Source of the DNA: the human T2T-CHM13v2.0 reference genome, Homo sapiens
Assembly (NCBI RefSeq): GCF_009914755.1
Contig: NC_060929.1
Length of the DNA stretch: 64,000 nt
Strand: one strand, 5' to 3'
The position numbers and the translations under genes were made by a program. Under the pieces are notes generated by a model. The model did no database searches and was not told where the DNA came from. It worked only from the letters and a program-made list of their open reading frames with translations. Positions 13,015 through 26,829 of this stretch are shown here, piece by piece. Position 1 is the first letter of the stretch; every line of letters begins with the position of its first letter.

Positions 13015-13240
13015 AGTCAGGTCAGCAAACTACAGCCCACAGGCCATGTTCAGCCCACTGCCAATTTTGTAAGTAGAGTTTTATTGCGATATAATCCCAC
13101 TAATTCATTTACATATTATCTATGGCTGTTTTAAAACAACCGTGGCAGAGGTGAATAGATGTGACAGAGGCTACATGGCCCACAAAGCCTAAAATATTTA
13201 TTATCTGAACCTTTACAGAACAAGGTTGCTGATACCCACT
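13015..13240 (+). mobile_element. MER58A
   Basis: ggtcagcaaactacagcccac...tggcccacaaagcctaaaatatttattatctg..cctttacagaa. Confidence 0.85.
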
Positions 13241-15044
13241 CAAAATCAACTAGGATTAATTTCTCAAAATTAAATTAAACTTACCACCCCCTTCTCATCT
13301 CATCAGCTCCCTGCCCCTTTCAGTGTTACTACTACCGGTGTTTCTCACAATTGTCTCCCTGATTTAACCAAGTCTAACATATTTCTGGACATTCTGAAGA
13401 CTGTTAACATGGTTTCCCCCAGCTATACCCTTGCAAATCTGTCCAGCTTCCATCTCTATTCCTGGTGATGTTACAATTATCTAAAAAAAAAAAAAAAGAG
13501 AGAGAGAGATAATGAGACTAGAGGCAGGGAGGACCATTCTAGAGGCTTTGTTCAAGCTATTTTTCTACCTATTATCAGCCCCAGCTTTTAATCACTGTTC
13601 TATGCTCAGCTATGACACCCTCTCTGATTTCTCCCAGTCAAGTCTGCCCTCCTTCCGCTGGACTCCGATAATAATCCTAATCTCTCCCATAATCCTAACC
13701 TCTGCCATTTATCCCTTTCTAACTTGGGTGGCAATACTGCAGAATAAAGGTCCAAGATTTGTTATGAGTAGATTGAGTACAGGTAGTAATTCTCCTCCTT
13801 TACTGCCCAAGGGATGGTCAGCAGTCCCCTCCTTTTCCTAGGTCTCAGATTCTTCACATACAATTTGGTAACACCTTAGGAAGCAGATGAAGCTACTGTA
13901 AACTGTAAAGTGCTAAAGACATGAAAAATAACAGTGGTGTGGTATTTAGTAGAGATTTATAACTGGAAGAAACACTTCAGGTCCTATAAGTTTTCAGAGT
14001 GAAAACTTTGTTGTTTGTGTCCATTACTGGACTATGAGATAATAAGAGGGCAGACAGCAATTGTTCTTTGTGCATTTTTATATCTTCAGCACATAGAGTA
14101 CTCAGTACATGGTTATTATATCAAATTGTCCCATTGAAATGAATACAAGATCTGATCATAATAGCACTGATTATTTGTAATACATGCACCAAAAATTATG
14201 GTTCAGCTCATATTATTTCTCTCTCAATAATGACTTTAGAATATTCAAGATACTCAAGGATATTCAAGTGGCATCTTAAATTATATTCTCATTGATCAAA
14301 ATAATTTTGAAACTCCTCTTTTGAGTCCCTTGACAAGGATATGGCACATTTTTATAAGACTATCTTGAGTGTCAGAAAATATTCATTCTATGAGGATGAA
14401 TTTATTTTTAGGAAAATAACAAAAATGATTACAAGCCAAGTATGATTAATAAGGTGATTTATCACAATACATGATAATAAGTTAGTTAGAAATGACACTT
14501 TAGAATGAAATAATAAAAATGATATTATTTCTTGCAAGCCTGATTGAAAAGCAAGTCCAATACAGAAACATTTAAACGTTTGAAGCAACAGAAACAACAT
14601 TGCAATAAGCACTTATTTTGAAGCATTCAGGATTTCTTTGGAAGGCTAAGAAGCATCTTTGTAAAATTCTAATCCACTCCTTTAGAGTCACTCATCTTTC
14701 TGCTAATGAATAATCCATGATAGCCTGCTCCAACTGACAAAGTTGACTAGATGGAAATCATCGAGTACAGAAATTTTGGTAAGGAATCTGGTCTGGCCTA
14801 ACATCGCAGAATTTTCAGATAATTTGATAGTAGGCAAATATTGACTTTGTTTTTAAGTGCATCTCTGGGCCTAATTCTCAGATCACAAACCCCTCCTCCA
14901 TCATGATTCCTATTGGTTCTCATAACCCTCTCACAGTGCTAACATCATAATTTATATCTCTGTAGCCAGGAATCTCTGACATATCTCTCTGTACCTTCGA
15001 GTCTTCCAGATATTTTTCTGCCTAGTCCTGACTTCTCTCTAGAG

Positions 15045-15692
15045 CCATACTGTCCAATACAGGAGTATAGTAGACATCCTCCCCTACAAGGATGTCTGCA
15101 TCTTCATCCTCAGAATCTGTGACTACATTTTGTTACATGGCAAAAGGGACTTTGCAGATGTGATTAAGGACCTTAGGATGAGGGGGAAATTATTCTGGAT
15201 TATTCAAGTGGGCCTACTGTAATCATAAGCATCCTTACAAAGGAAAAAAAAAGAGGCAGGAGAATTAGAATCAGAGAAAAATAATTGGGACAATGAAATC
15301 AGACATTGCAGTGATGTGGCCATGAGCCAAGGAATGCGGGCAGCCTCCAGAAGCTGAACAGATTATCCCTGAAGTCTCTGAAAAGAGCACAGCTCTGCCA
15401 ACACCTTGATTATAGCATCATAGGACTCATTTTGGACTTCTGACCTCAGAACTGTAAGATAATATATATGTGTTGTTTTGAGTCACTGCATCCATAATGA
15501 TTTGTTATAGCAATAATGGGAAACTAATACAGGCAGCCATTGTTCTCATGGTGCTATTTAAATTTAAATAAATTATAAGTTTATAAAATTAAATCCCTCA
15601 CTCTAGCTATATTTCAAGCCCTCAATAGCAACCTGTGACTGATGTCTACCATATTGGACAGCACATATCCAACAGCATTGAATTGTGCTGTT
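15045..15692 (-). mobile_element. MER3 (hAT-Charlie), split by an MLT1 LTR
   Basis: ctgtccaatac | ...gctatttaaatttaaat...ctcaatagc...taccatattggacagc. Confidence 0.7.
15066..15531 (+). mobile_element. MLT1D-type MaLR LTR inserted in MER3
   Basis: gttacatggcaaaagggactttgcagatgtgattaagg...ggacttctgacctcagaactgtaagataat...aactaataca. Confidence 0.85.
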
Positions 15693-15779
15693 ATAGAGGT
15701 CACTTCGATTTATCCCAGATATCTCACCACTACTATAGATTTAATAAAGCTAAACCAAATGCCTCCCCTTTAATTTTAA

Positions 15780-16155
<376 letters not shown>

Positions 16156-17189
16156 TTGAAAAGTTATTTAATGCAGTTTTTTTCAGGAATCAAATGACAG
16201 CCTCAGATAAAAAAAGGAAGAGGTGGCTCAGTTTCACTGCAAGTTGTGCTCTTTATTATCATTGGCCACAGAAAAACACATTATAAAATCATAGAGAATG
16301 TTCAAGTGGGGTGGAACTTTACAGATCTCATGAGGAACCTCTCCTAGCTTTAATTTCAAAGATTTTTCTTTTCCTTTCTATACTGCTGTAAGAGTTGGGT
16401 TGTTTGATTATTGATGTGCTGACACTGTTTTTAAAGCAGAACATGGGATCAATTTTATTTGTGATAATATATCTTGATAAAATATAAGGATACAATATTA
16501 CAATATCTTGGTATCCTAAGACTAAAGGGAGACGTGATGGACTTTTGATTATCCAATTATGCTCTGAGTAGAATAAAAACTGGAATAACAATTTCTGGAA
16601 TTATTTTCCACTGCATCCTACAAAAAAGGAACCTTTGTCTGATTAGAATTTCTTTGATGTGTGAGAACACTTTACATTTAAAAAAGTAGCTGAGAGCCAT
16701 TAAGCAGTAGCTGAAACCAACTAAATTTTATTCTCATTTAATATGTTTCTGCCACAGGACACTTTCTCCCCACAGTAAATACAAACTAGGAAGATTTGCT
16801 GTCTTAAGAGAAATAAGACAGTCAAATTCATTCACAAAAACTGAGTTGAACATGATGTGCTAAGCAATGGAAAATGTTCTTTGAAAGGTTATGAAATACC
16901 TAGTTAAGTAGGACAATTATATAAAAAGTTTATAGAAATCCATATTGTAAGCCTTATTAATACAAACATTTGTCAACACACATATGATTATGGAAAAAGA
17001 CCATTACTGTAAGTACCTACTCCTAGTTCATCTATTTTTATATAGGTATAGCACTGTCTTGTGACCTTTAAAAATTTCTTTAGACTTTGTCACTTAAATA
17101 GTATTTTCAAATAGCATTTTCCAAACTATCGCCACATATTTATCTTACAATAAATTCATAGTTTTTTCTTTTAATGGAAATAAATGTCA

Positions 17190-17430
17190 TTGCACCTTTG
17201 TCCTCAAATCTGTTCTCTGCACTCTCCTTGTTCCAATATGGACTATTGTATACTCTGTTCCCCAGGCTGTCTTACCTTCCACTTAAGTTTGGCCACTCAG
17301 AGGCTGTGGCAGGAGATTGCAGGGTTGGAGGAGGGGAGAAACCACACTATTTCTCTACTGCCCTCTGCTTCAGGTGACATATCTACCAGTGGCTGTGTCT
17401 TTTTCATTTCTAGTATCTAGCTACCCCGTG
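17190..17430 (-). mobile_element. LTR40/LTR41-like ERVL LTR fragment
   Basis: gtttggccac..agaggctgtggcaggagattgcagggttggaggagggg. Confidence 0.5.
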
Positions 17431-18475
17431 TTTTCCATGAGATACTCCTGAATCATTTAAATAAATGCCTACTGAAGTTTGAGTGTATTTTTATCACCAG
17501 TTATTGCAATGACCTTGTCCTGGACACTTTCTTAATTTTTCTAATGCTTAACCATACTCCAGTGTATCATCAGACACTCACCTTCTTCAGCAGGAAGTGA
17601 TTTATCATTCTCTGGCCTTATAGTAAATGGCAAGAGGAAAAGTTGATTTACCCTATGAACGTCAGTTCATGTATTTTCATAACAAGCTTATTTTTCTAAC
17701 TCTGAGCTAAAAAAAAATGGTTCCATCTTTCATGTGTTCCCATATCTTATAATTCCCCAATGACTCTTCATAGAAGACTATTGGAGAAAGCCTATTATAA
17801 TTCATAATGGAGCTGAGGAAGAAAAATTGGAAGTCATTAAATAGCCTTAGTATAGGTCACATGAGTGGAGATGAGTTTCTAAACTCTTGAAGAAAAGCAT
17901 AAAACTAGTATTTTACATTATTTTTTGTTTATATGTTTCTAGGAGCTATTAGTGCCTGGACAGGATCAGTTGCTTTCAATAATTGTTTTACTACATCAGT
18001 CATAGGACTCTGCCAAAATGCTTTCACCTATAAAAAGTGATCACTAGTTGTAAGGATCCTTTTCTCAGGCCCAGGCAGGGGTGAGGCTTGAGGGACAGCA
18101 TTATCCGAGTTGAAATACATATGCAGATTCCTAAGTATTTCAAGGCAAAGTAGAAGGCAAAGGTGGTTCCTTTGAACTAGGTGTATATCTCCTGCGGATA
18201 TGATAAAAGAGATAACTGGGAGGAGGGAGAAAAAGGAAAGTCTTATATGGAGCTGAAGAGTACTAACTAAAAGGACAGGAAAAAGGCTTCCGCTTCTGAC
18301 TATTAGTGAGTTATCTCATTTTATATCAAGTCTCCCAATGAAAACAACTATAAAGCTAAATAAAATATTTTTAAGGAAATTTGCTTGAAGGCATAAAGAC
18401 TTGGAAGGCCATGATTCCAGAAAGATGTTCAGAGAAAAAAGCGCAACACCTAGCTCTGCTCTTCTTTTCTAGGTA

Positions 18476-19475
18476 GAGTATTTCCCCACTATTCAATGGA
18501 GATACGTTCTCAGTGGATGCCTGAAACCACAGGTAGTACTGAACTCTAAGCATACTACGTTTTTTCCTATACATACTTACCTATGACAAATTTAATTTAT
18601 AAATTAGGCACAGTGAGAGATTAACAATTGAAACCAAGTGCTAGCCTGATTAAGCCTGTCCAACTTAACCCAGCTTGCCTGTTTTTAATTGCTTACTTCT
18701 AGTTGATCTTAAAACTTACAGCTAAAAGTCATATCGCCAAACAATATATAACTAAACTCCCACTAGCTTCCTTGTAGATAACATCTCTGACATACATGTA
18801 TGGTAACAGTTGCTTAAAGCTATTTTTCAGGACTTTGAGGGCTGCTCTTATTCAGTTCAAACTAGTTGGAACCACTGACCTGCCAAATGGCCTGTTAAGG
18901 TGACTGAGGAGTGACCTTTTGACATCAGAAGGCCCAGAAGCCCACTCTCATATTATGCTAATGCCACCGTTTTTTGAACAAGCATCAGGGTTCTGCAAGT
19001 GTAATCAAGCTACATGTGAAGAACCACATGGCTTGATTACATTTGCACAACCCTGATTTTCTTACCTTTCCTACCTGCAATAACCTTCTCCATGCTTTAG
19101 ACGGCCCCATTTTTTTGTCCCATAAGTATCCTTAAGGCCTATTTTCAGAGAAGTGGATTTGAGAGTTGTTCTCCAATCTCCTTGCTTGGCAGCCTCACCA
19201 ATAAACCTCTTTCCTTTGCAAAATCTGTCATTACGGGGATTGGCTTGCTGTGTGCTGGCAGAATGAGCCTGGTTTGGCATCACAGTAACTAATAATAAAA
19301 TAGAACAATTATAACCATATACTGTAATAAAAGTTACATGAATGTCTCTCTTTCTCTCTCTCTCTCCCTCTCTCTCTCCCAAAATATCCTGTTGTATGTA
19401 ATATTTTCAGACCATGGTTGACCATGGGTAACTGAAACTGCAAAGAGCAAAACCACAGATAAGCGGGGACTAATG
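18476..19475 (-). mobile_element. MER44 (Tigger7 derivative), split by an LTR
   Basis: Both ends match: cagtggatgcctgaaaccacag...aaattaggcacagtgagagattaacaat and gttgaccatgggtaactgaaactg...gataagcggggac. Confidence 0.85.
18629..19282 (+). mobile_element. ERV1 solo LTR (MER66/MER4-group-like) inside MER44
   Basis: TG...CA ends, AATAAA near 19200, 4-bp TSD caat/cagt; exact family uncertain. Confidence 0.7.
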
Positions 19476-19752
19476 CATTTGACAATTCATACATGGAGCT
19501 AACAGCCTGGGAATCTGGTGAGGGTTTGGCAGTCTCGAGGGATAGAGAAGGAAAAAAAAAATTGAGGTCTGCTAAGGAGGAGAAACCCTAATAAATTATT
19601 TCAGGTTTTCAGTTGGGACTCCTAAATAACAAAACCCAAGTAATAAAGGAAATTGACCACCTCCCTGTTGACTCAATTAAAAACAGATGAAGTGACCTGC
19701 CCTCATCTGACTTTCTTCAAGAAGCAAAAAAAATTTTTTTTTTAATTTTTCT

Positions 19753-20030
19753 GGCTGGGCCCGGTGGCTCACGCCTGTAATCCCAGCACTTTGGGAAGCC
19801 GAGGTGGGCATATCACAAGGTCAGGAGATCAAGACCATCCTGGCTAATACGGTGAAACCCTGTCTCTACTAAAAATACAAAAAAAATTACCTGGACGTGG
19901 AGGCAGGCACCTGTAGGAAGCTGAGGCAGGAGAATGGCGTGAACCCATGAGGCGGAGCTTGCAGTGAGCCGGGACGGTGCCACTGCACTCCAGCCTGGGC
20001 CACAGAGCGAGACTCTGTCTCAAAAAAAAG
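19753..20030 (+). mobile_element. AluY with an internal deletion of about 14 bp
   Basis: Diagnostic gagatcaagaccatcctggctaa and ggagaatggcgtgaaccc...gagcttgc; lacks tcccagctactcgg after cctgtag. Confidence 0.95.
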
Positions 20031-20699
20031 AAAATTTCTGAGGAGAAAAATAACGTGATCCAGAACCTCTAATTATCTCTTCAATTTTCATACACAATGT
20101 TAAGCATACACTCAATTGCCAGGCACACAACAACACAAGGACAAATTATCTAAAACCTAGAGAAAAAAGAGATCATGAGAAAATGACTACCAATGAATAA
20201 TTTCAGTAGAGAACTAGAACCTATTTTTTTAAAAGACTCAAATAGAAATACCAGAACTAAAAAAATATAATAACCCAATAGACAGTTTATAACAGAAGAT
20301 CAGGCATGGCAGAAGAGAATATTTTTCAAACTAAGATATAATCCCAGTTTGTTATATTCAGACTTAAGTACAGAAAGAAAAAATGATACAAATATAGAAA
20401 GCTATTAAGAGACATATAGGACACAGAGAGGTCTAAAATACACAATTTTAGTTCTAGTAAAAGAAGAGAGAGGATGAGTAGAAGCAATATTAGGTGACGA
20501 TGGCCAAACATTTTCTGAAATTAATGAAAGACATCAAGCCACAGATTCAAGAAATGCTGCAAATAAACAAGATAAATATAAACAAAATCTACCTAGGCCT
20601 ATCATAGTAAAATCACTTAAAATCAAAAGAAATATCACTGGGTCAATTGGATATTTAAATGCAAATAAAGGACAGAAAAGATGTTGAACCCTATTCAAT

Positions 20700-20880
20700 A
20701 AAATGTATATAGAAAATATCTTCTCCCATAATCTTTTCACTCTTTTAATGATGTCTGAGTATGAGTTCTTACTTTTATGCAATTCAATTTACCAATCTTT
20801 TCCTTTTATAGTTAATGCTTTCTATATTCTGTTTAAGAAAACTTTGGTGATTATATGGTCATAAAAACATTCTCCGACCT
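20700..20880 (-). mobile_element. L1ME ORF2 3' fragment
   Basis: atcttctccca...caatttaccaatcttttccttttatagttaatgcttt...gtttaagaaaa. Confidence 0.55.
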
Positions 20881-21471
20881 TATGGAAGATTTGAAGAACT
20901 AAAATTAAGTAGTTTTTAAAAAATTATGTTATTATTATAATACATTAGAAAAGAAGGGTAAAGAGAAGTCACCAAGCCACTTTAATGAAAAGCTGCAGAC
21001 CTGACCTAACTGAGATGGGGCTGGTGATAAAAAGACACTGCCAACTATGACACAATAACAAATTGTTTCTTTGATGCCCCTACCCAACCTGGTCAAGGGC
21101 AAAGGGCCTGGACTGACTACTTTCCTAGGTGTAAGTTTATTAATTTGCTCCCCAAAATGTAAAAGAAAATTTGTTGGTCCCAGACTGCCCCTGAGAGTTT
21201 GGCAGAGGCTTCATTTGGATGGAATTGCTGCTAGACTTCTCTTTCTACTCAATTTGGCTTCATTTCCTTACTCTTCCCAGACATTGACCCCTGACAAACA
21301 CTTTGTGCCTCAAAGCCCATCTCAGTGTCTACCTCAAGAGACTCTATGCTCTAACACTAGTTTGCCAGCTACCCCCACTTCAAAAAAAAGAGGGCAAAAA
21401 TAAAACTTACTATTCTTGGACTTTCTGCAGATTTCTCATTTTCTCTATTTTTATAAAACCATGCTTGTGTT

Positions 21472-21960
21472 ATGCACATGTATATTCATTGCAGCACTAT
21501 CACAATAGCAAAGACTTGGAACCAACCCAAATGTCCATCAATGATAGACTAGATTAAGAAAATGTGGCATATATACACCATGGAATACTATGCAGCCATA
21601 AAAAAGGATGAGTTCATGTCTTTTGTATAGACATGGATGAAGCTGGAAACCATCATTCTCAGCAAACTGTCACAAGGACAGAAAACCAAACACCGCATGT
21701 TCTCACTCATAGGTGGGAATTGAACAATGAGAACACTTGGACACAGGGTGGGGAACATCACACACCGGGGCCTGTCGTGGGGTGGGGGGAGTGGGGAGGG
21801 ATAGCATTAGGAGATATACATAATGTAAAAGACGACTTAATGGGTGCAGCACACCAACATGGCACATGTATACATATGTAACAAACCTGCACATTGTGCA
21901 CACGTACCCTAGAACTTAAAGTATAATACAAAATAAATAAATAAATAAATAAATAAAATA
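21472..21960 (+). mobile_element. L1PA (about PA4/PA5) 5'-truncated 3' end with (TAAA)n tail
   Basis: gcaaagacttggaaccaacccaaatgtcc...ggagggatagcattaggaga...cctagaacttaaagtataat; 14-bp TSD accatgcttgtgtt at 21458-21471 and 21963-21976. Confidence 0.96.
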
Positions 21961-22611
21961 AGACCATGCTTGTGTTTACTGATAACAGTCTAATGACAGA
22001 TATCACTTGTACATATGTGAGTAAAATATTTTTATGCCAATACTAACTAAAAACCTAGCAATTGTTCTTTTACACTACAGATTTGGAGAAAGAAAAACAA
22101 AATATATACATGAGCCTTTACAAATCTATATAATAAATACATAATGCAAAAGAAAACAGGCAAAATATTCATTAGATACTTCACAAAGTAGTATACCAAA
22201 AGGACAACAGATGCGAAAAGGTGACCAAAATTATTAGTCATCAGTGTAAATTGAAACCACAATGTAATACCACTAGACATCCAACAAAATGGCTAAAAGT
22301 TAAAAGCTCAACTATAACTGTGTTGGTAAGGATATGGAGCAACTAAAATACTCATACAATGTTAATGGAAATATAAATTGATTCAAACATTTTAGAACAT
22401 TATTTGGCAATATCTACTAAAACATACCCCATGACCCAAGTATTCTACTACTGAGGATATACAAAACAGAAATGCGTGCATATGTTTACTAAATGACATG
22501 CACACGAATGTTCACAGTGGTTTCATTTAAAATAATGCAAAGCTGAAAAAAACTAAAATGTTCATTGACAATAGAATGGCTAAATTCAGAAACAAAACAG
22601 TACATACTATA

Positions 22612-23333
22612 TGTTATAAACTGAATTTTGTCTCCCCAGAATTCTTTTGTTGGAGCCATACTCTCCAATGTGACTATATTTGGAGATAGGAGGCAATTAA
22701 GGTTACATGAGATTATAATCTCCTAATCTAATGGGACTAGTGTCCCTGTAAGAAAAGGAAAAGATAACAGGAGTGCACATGCACAGAGTAAAGGTCATGT
22801 GAGGACATATTGAGAAGTTGGCTGTCTTCATTCAAGCTGCTATAACAGAATACCACACATCCGAAGGTTTAAACAGCAAACATTTATTTCTTACAATTCT
22901 GGGGGCCAAAAGCCTGAGATCAGAATGCCAGCATGGTCAGGTTCTAGTGAGGGTCCTCCTCTGGGCTGCGTACTGCCAACTTTTCCTTGTATCCCCACAT
23001 AGCAGAGAGTGAGCCAGCACTCTGGCCTTTTCTTCTCATCAGGACACTAATTTCATTTATGAGAGCTCCACCTTCAGAACCTAATCATCCTCCATAGGTA
23101 CATCTCAAAATACCATTACGCTGGAAATTCTATTTTAACATATGAGTTTTCAGGACACAGACATTCAGACCATAACAATAGCCATCTGCAAGGTAGGAAG
23201 AGAGCACTCACCAGAAACCAGCCCTTCCAGCACTTGGATCTCCAGCCTCCAGAACTGTGTGAAAATAAATTTCTGTTGTGTAAGCCACCCAGTCTGTGGT
23301 ATTCTGTTATGGCAACCCAAGCAGTCTAATATA
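22612..23333 (+). mobile_element. MLT1A/MLT1A0/MLT1B-type LTR (outer)
   Basis: tgttataaactgaattttgtctcccc...aaataaatttctgttgtgtaagccacccagtctgtggtatt; TSD ctata/ctgta. Confidence 0.85.
22823..23177 (-). mobile_element. MLT1A-type LTR nested antisense in the outer MLT1
   Basis: tgtctt...gctgctataacagaataccac...acattcagaccataaca; degenerate TSD ttggc/atagc. Confidence 0.85.
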
Positions 23334-26144
23334 CTGTATGAGTCTATTCATATATCAAGTATTTTTTAAAGTAATATATGAAATTGGAAGTGAGGTTAAC
23401 TCCCTTCAAGGAAGGAAATTTATAAAGACTGTGAAAAGTCATAGTGGACTTCTGGAGTGCTGCTAATACTTTATTTCTTGGTCTTGGTGGATACATGAGC
23501 ACGTTTTTGTGGAAATTTTAAGGAACTTTAGATTTATGGTATGTGGTGTCCATTCAATATTTAATTTAAATTTTATTTTAAAAATAAACAAGAAAAGCAG
23601 ACTCATTGGGTGAGGGTGGATGACAGACACCAGAAAGCTTCAGGGGGAGTGGATAAAATAAAGCACCCCAATCCCCACGGGAACTGACACAAAACAGTTT
23701 CCTATACTCCTTTACTCTTCCATCTCCTTATTTTTCTCTTACTCTTCCAAGTATATGTCCCTTTAGCGTAACCTATGCAAGCAGTTGTCAGTGATGTTGG
23801 TTATGAAAGGATGAGATGGGAAAAGGCAGTCACCCACCAAAGAGTGTAAGGCAAATTGGTATTTTTTAGCATAGTAACATTTCCAAAAACAATTTGCAAA
23901 AGTGGATGCTGTCCAGACTGATTTAATAAACAGGGACCTCTAAATAAGTTCTCAATAAAAAAGAATTATTTTAAGAAAATACCAACTAAGAATTGATCAC
24001 CATTTTGGATTCTACATGCCTTATAACGTATATGTTTTTTCTTTAGGTAAAGCTCTGGGGGGTGGCATGAGGAGCTGCTCTTTTTTCTTCTGAATGATTA
24101 CAAGAAGTTTTGGCAAGAATTTTCATAGATCAGAAAAAACATGGCACACATTGGGTGTGTAAATATAAACATATGCCAGCTTCAGGAGAGCATCTGTTCT
24201 TCACACACCTCTACTTGAAGCTGCATTCAGCTTCACAGTTATCTCTAGGAACCAATTCCTTTTGAAGGCATCACTCAGCAATGCATATTTTACTGAATAT
24301 TTGGGAAAAAAATGGGAAAGCAGTTTTGTGTTAAACGCCATAAGCAGGCATTCAATAAACATCCCATTCAATCCATCTTTTCTGCACTCAGGCCTCTCTT
24401 GGTTTCCTACCATCCTGACATCTTCCCACCCCAATTCTTTCCCCATTTGCTGGATAAATATATTTTGTTCCATGTCCTTCCAAAAGCTCAACCTGAGACA
24501 GCTAACCCTCCTGACAGATACACAGCTTACTGGAAAATGTAGTCAAGTCTTTGCCCCACCCCCATTTATTTCTCCCCATTTTACTACTGGCTTGACTAGC
24601 CTTCCATACCCCACTGGAACTTTGGGTGACAAATTTTTGTCCAATGCATTACATGTATAAGCAGAAGGGTAGAAAACATCCTTTGCACACTTGGCCTGAT
24701 TAACAAAAATTTAGCTTAGTATCAGGATTCCTTGGGCCTTAACTTCTCAGTGCTACACATTCCACACAAATTTGAATAACATCTGTGAAATATTTTGGGA
24801 CACTTAAAAGTTGTGGTTATATGAGAATACAAAGTGTCATTATTCTTCTCTCTCTTGCTCCCATAATTCTGGCCTAAATGCGGAAAAGCAATACAGAATT
24901 AGCTAATAACAACACTTGGCCATAGTTAACAGTACAACATGCATAGTGTGCAGGCAAAAGAATCTCCTTTTTATATGACATGCATATGAGAAATATCACC
25001 GTCACAATTTGGCTCATATCCTTGTGATGACTCCCAAACATAGCAATGACTAAGTTGATAAATGCTTTTCTTTTGGATAAATCAAAATGCCCTGTGACAA
25101 TATTGCTCTGGCCTAATGCAGTGCAGAGGGATCTATTTACATTCTGTGTAAACTGCCATTCTCGGAGGAAAAGTGTTCGTACTTGAGTTTCTGCCATTCA
25201 TTCTGTTTTGAAAATTTGGGCTGATTGCTTTCTTTGGTCCCATCTATGTACTAATTCATTACGGCAGCCCCATGTACTTGCACGGGTTATATCAAAGGCA
25301 CATTTGGCTTTGTCCTGTCATTTCAATCATCTGTCTATCCAGGCATTCATTCACAAAATGCTTGTTGGCTACCTATTATTTACAAGGCACCTCACAACAA
25401 GGCATCTTTGTACCTTCTTATAGGGGTTATAAAGATACATAAGGTAATTCCCCATCTTCATTAAGTGCACATTTAATCAAGGAAGGCATACATACACACC
25501 AAACAACAGCAACAACAAAACAGACAACTATGAACAGTAAAGACAAAATTGAAATAGAAGGGGAGGTTGTTTCTTGCCTGAGGCAAGTACGGCAGCCAGA
25601 ATAATCTTTCCAAAAAAGCACATCCAATAATGTCTGCCTTCTACCTAAATCCCTCATATGATTCTCCATCATATTAAGAAAAAAAACAAAAACAAAAACA
25701 AAAAAAACCTAAGCACTTCAAACCAGTATGCCACTTCTTAGCCAGCCTCAAGTTCTGCTCTTCTCTCTTATTCATTACACTTCAGCCACACCGGCCTTCA
25801 ACTCAAAGAGGATGTTGAACATAGATTTTTGTAAAATTGCTCACCTCTTGCCTGTCTTGTGTTTACTATGTCAAAGGGGCCCCACCTGTAACATGTCAAC
25901 ACAGTGGAGTCACCATGAAAATACATTTGGTAAAGAGTTTAAATTCCTAACAGATGTCAGGGAAAGGAAGGAAGAATTTATGGCATGACTTTTGATCACA
26001 CCCATATCATTGTACTTTGGTTTTAAAGTGGGGCCCACAATAGCCCCAGAACTCAAAATTAGGAAAGAACTGTCCTGGAAAAGCCTTCTCTGTTTATCTG
26101 TATTTTAGAAGTTTAACATTTTAGAAATGAAATGGTGTTTTTTA

Positions 26145-26310
26145 TAATAACAATAGCCGCTGATCTTTTTGAGCACTTTGCTATGTGTATGTGTCAGTCT
26201 TTACACATATCATTTAGTTAATTCCCCCAATACCTGTGAAGTAGTGCTACTATTATCATTATCTTCCAAATGAGGCAGCACACTTAGAGAGATCAATACT
26301 TTGCTTAAAA
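26145..26310 (-). mobile_element. MIR
   Basis: ttgagcactttgctatgtg...cctgtgaagtagtgctactattatc...aatgaggcagc. Confidence 0.6.
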
Positions 26311-26829
26311 AATAATTTGTTACCTGGAGTGAGTTTTAAAAACTATACATCATTTAATATTGATAAAATAAATTTTTGTTAAACCATAGAACAGCTGGAT
26401 TAGCTAAATCCTTCTGGACTGTTTATAATTCCAAGCAGCATTTGCACCTGCGATGTATATTGAAAACCTAGAAATATAAAACTATTGCAAATGACAGTTC
26501 TTCTGTAGGCTTCGGCCTAGAGTTGAGCACACAAACAAACAAACATGTTGGCAAATTATTTGGATAGATAAAAACTATACCTCGGATGTTTTTTACAAAT
26601 TTAATTAAATACAGGTGGATATTTTGATAATTTTTAGAAAGGCTTTAGAAATCAATACTTTTATTTTAAATAATAAATAACATGACAAAAATGTAATAGT
26701 CTCTCAATTCTATCAGATCTTAACATTTCCTCAGTGTCTCCACTTGTTGAGGCCACCATTACTCAAGGTAATATGATGCAGTGAGAAAGGACACTATCAG
26801 GCTTTAACTGAGGCACAGATACCCTAGGT

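Larger units (their letters stand above)
18300..20640 (+). mobile_element. Old L1M 5'/ORF1 remnants hosting MER44, an ERV1 LTR and AluY
   Basis: ORF1-like A-rich text, e.g. ttttctgaaattaatgaaagacatcaagccacagattcaagaa...cctaggcctatcatagtaaaa. Confidence 0.55.
22080..23560 (+). mobile_element. L1ME 3' region, interrupted by nested MLT1A LTRs
   Basis: tgttggtaaggatatggagcaact...atttggcaatatctactaaa...aaatgacatgcacacgaatgttcacag. Confidence 0.7.

Noticed and set aside
14725-14785. Short ag|ATGGAAATC...TTTG|gtaagg micro-exon
   Set aside because: No polypyrimidine tract or partner exons; such motifs are common by chance.
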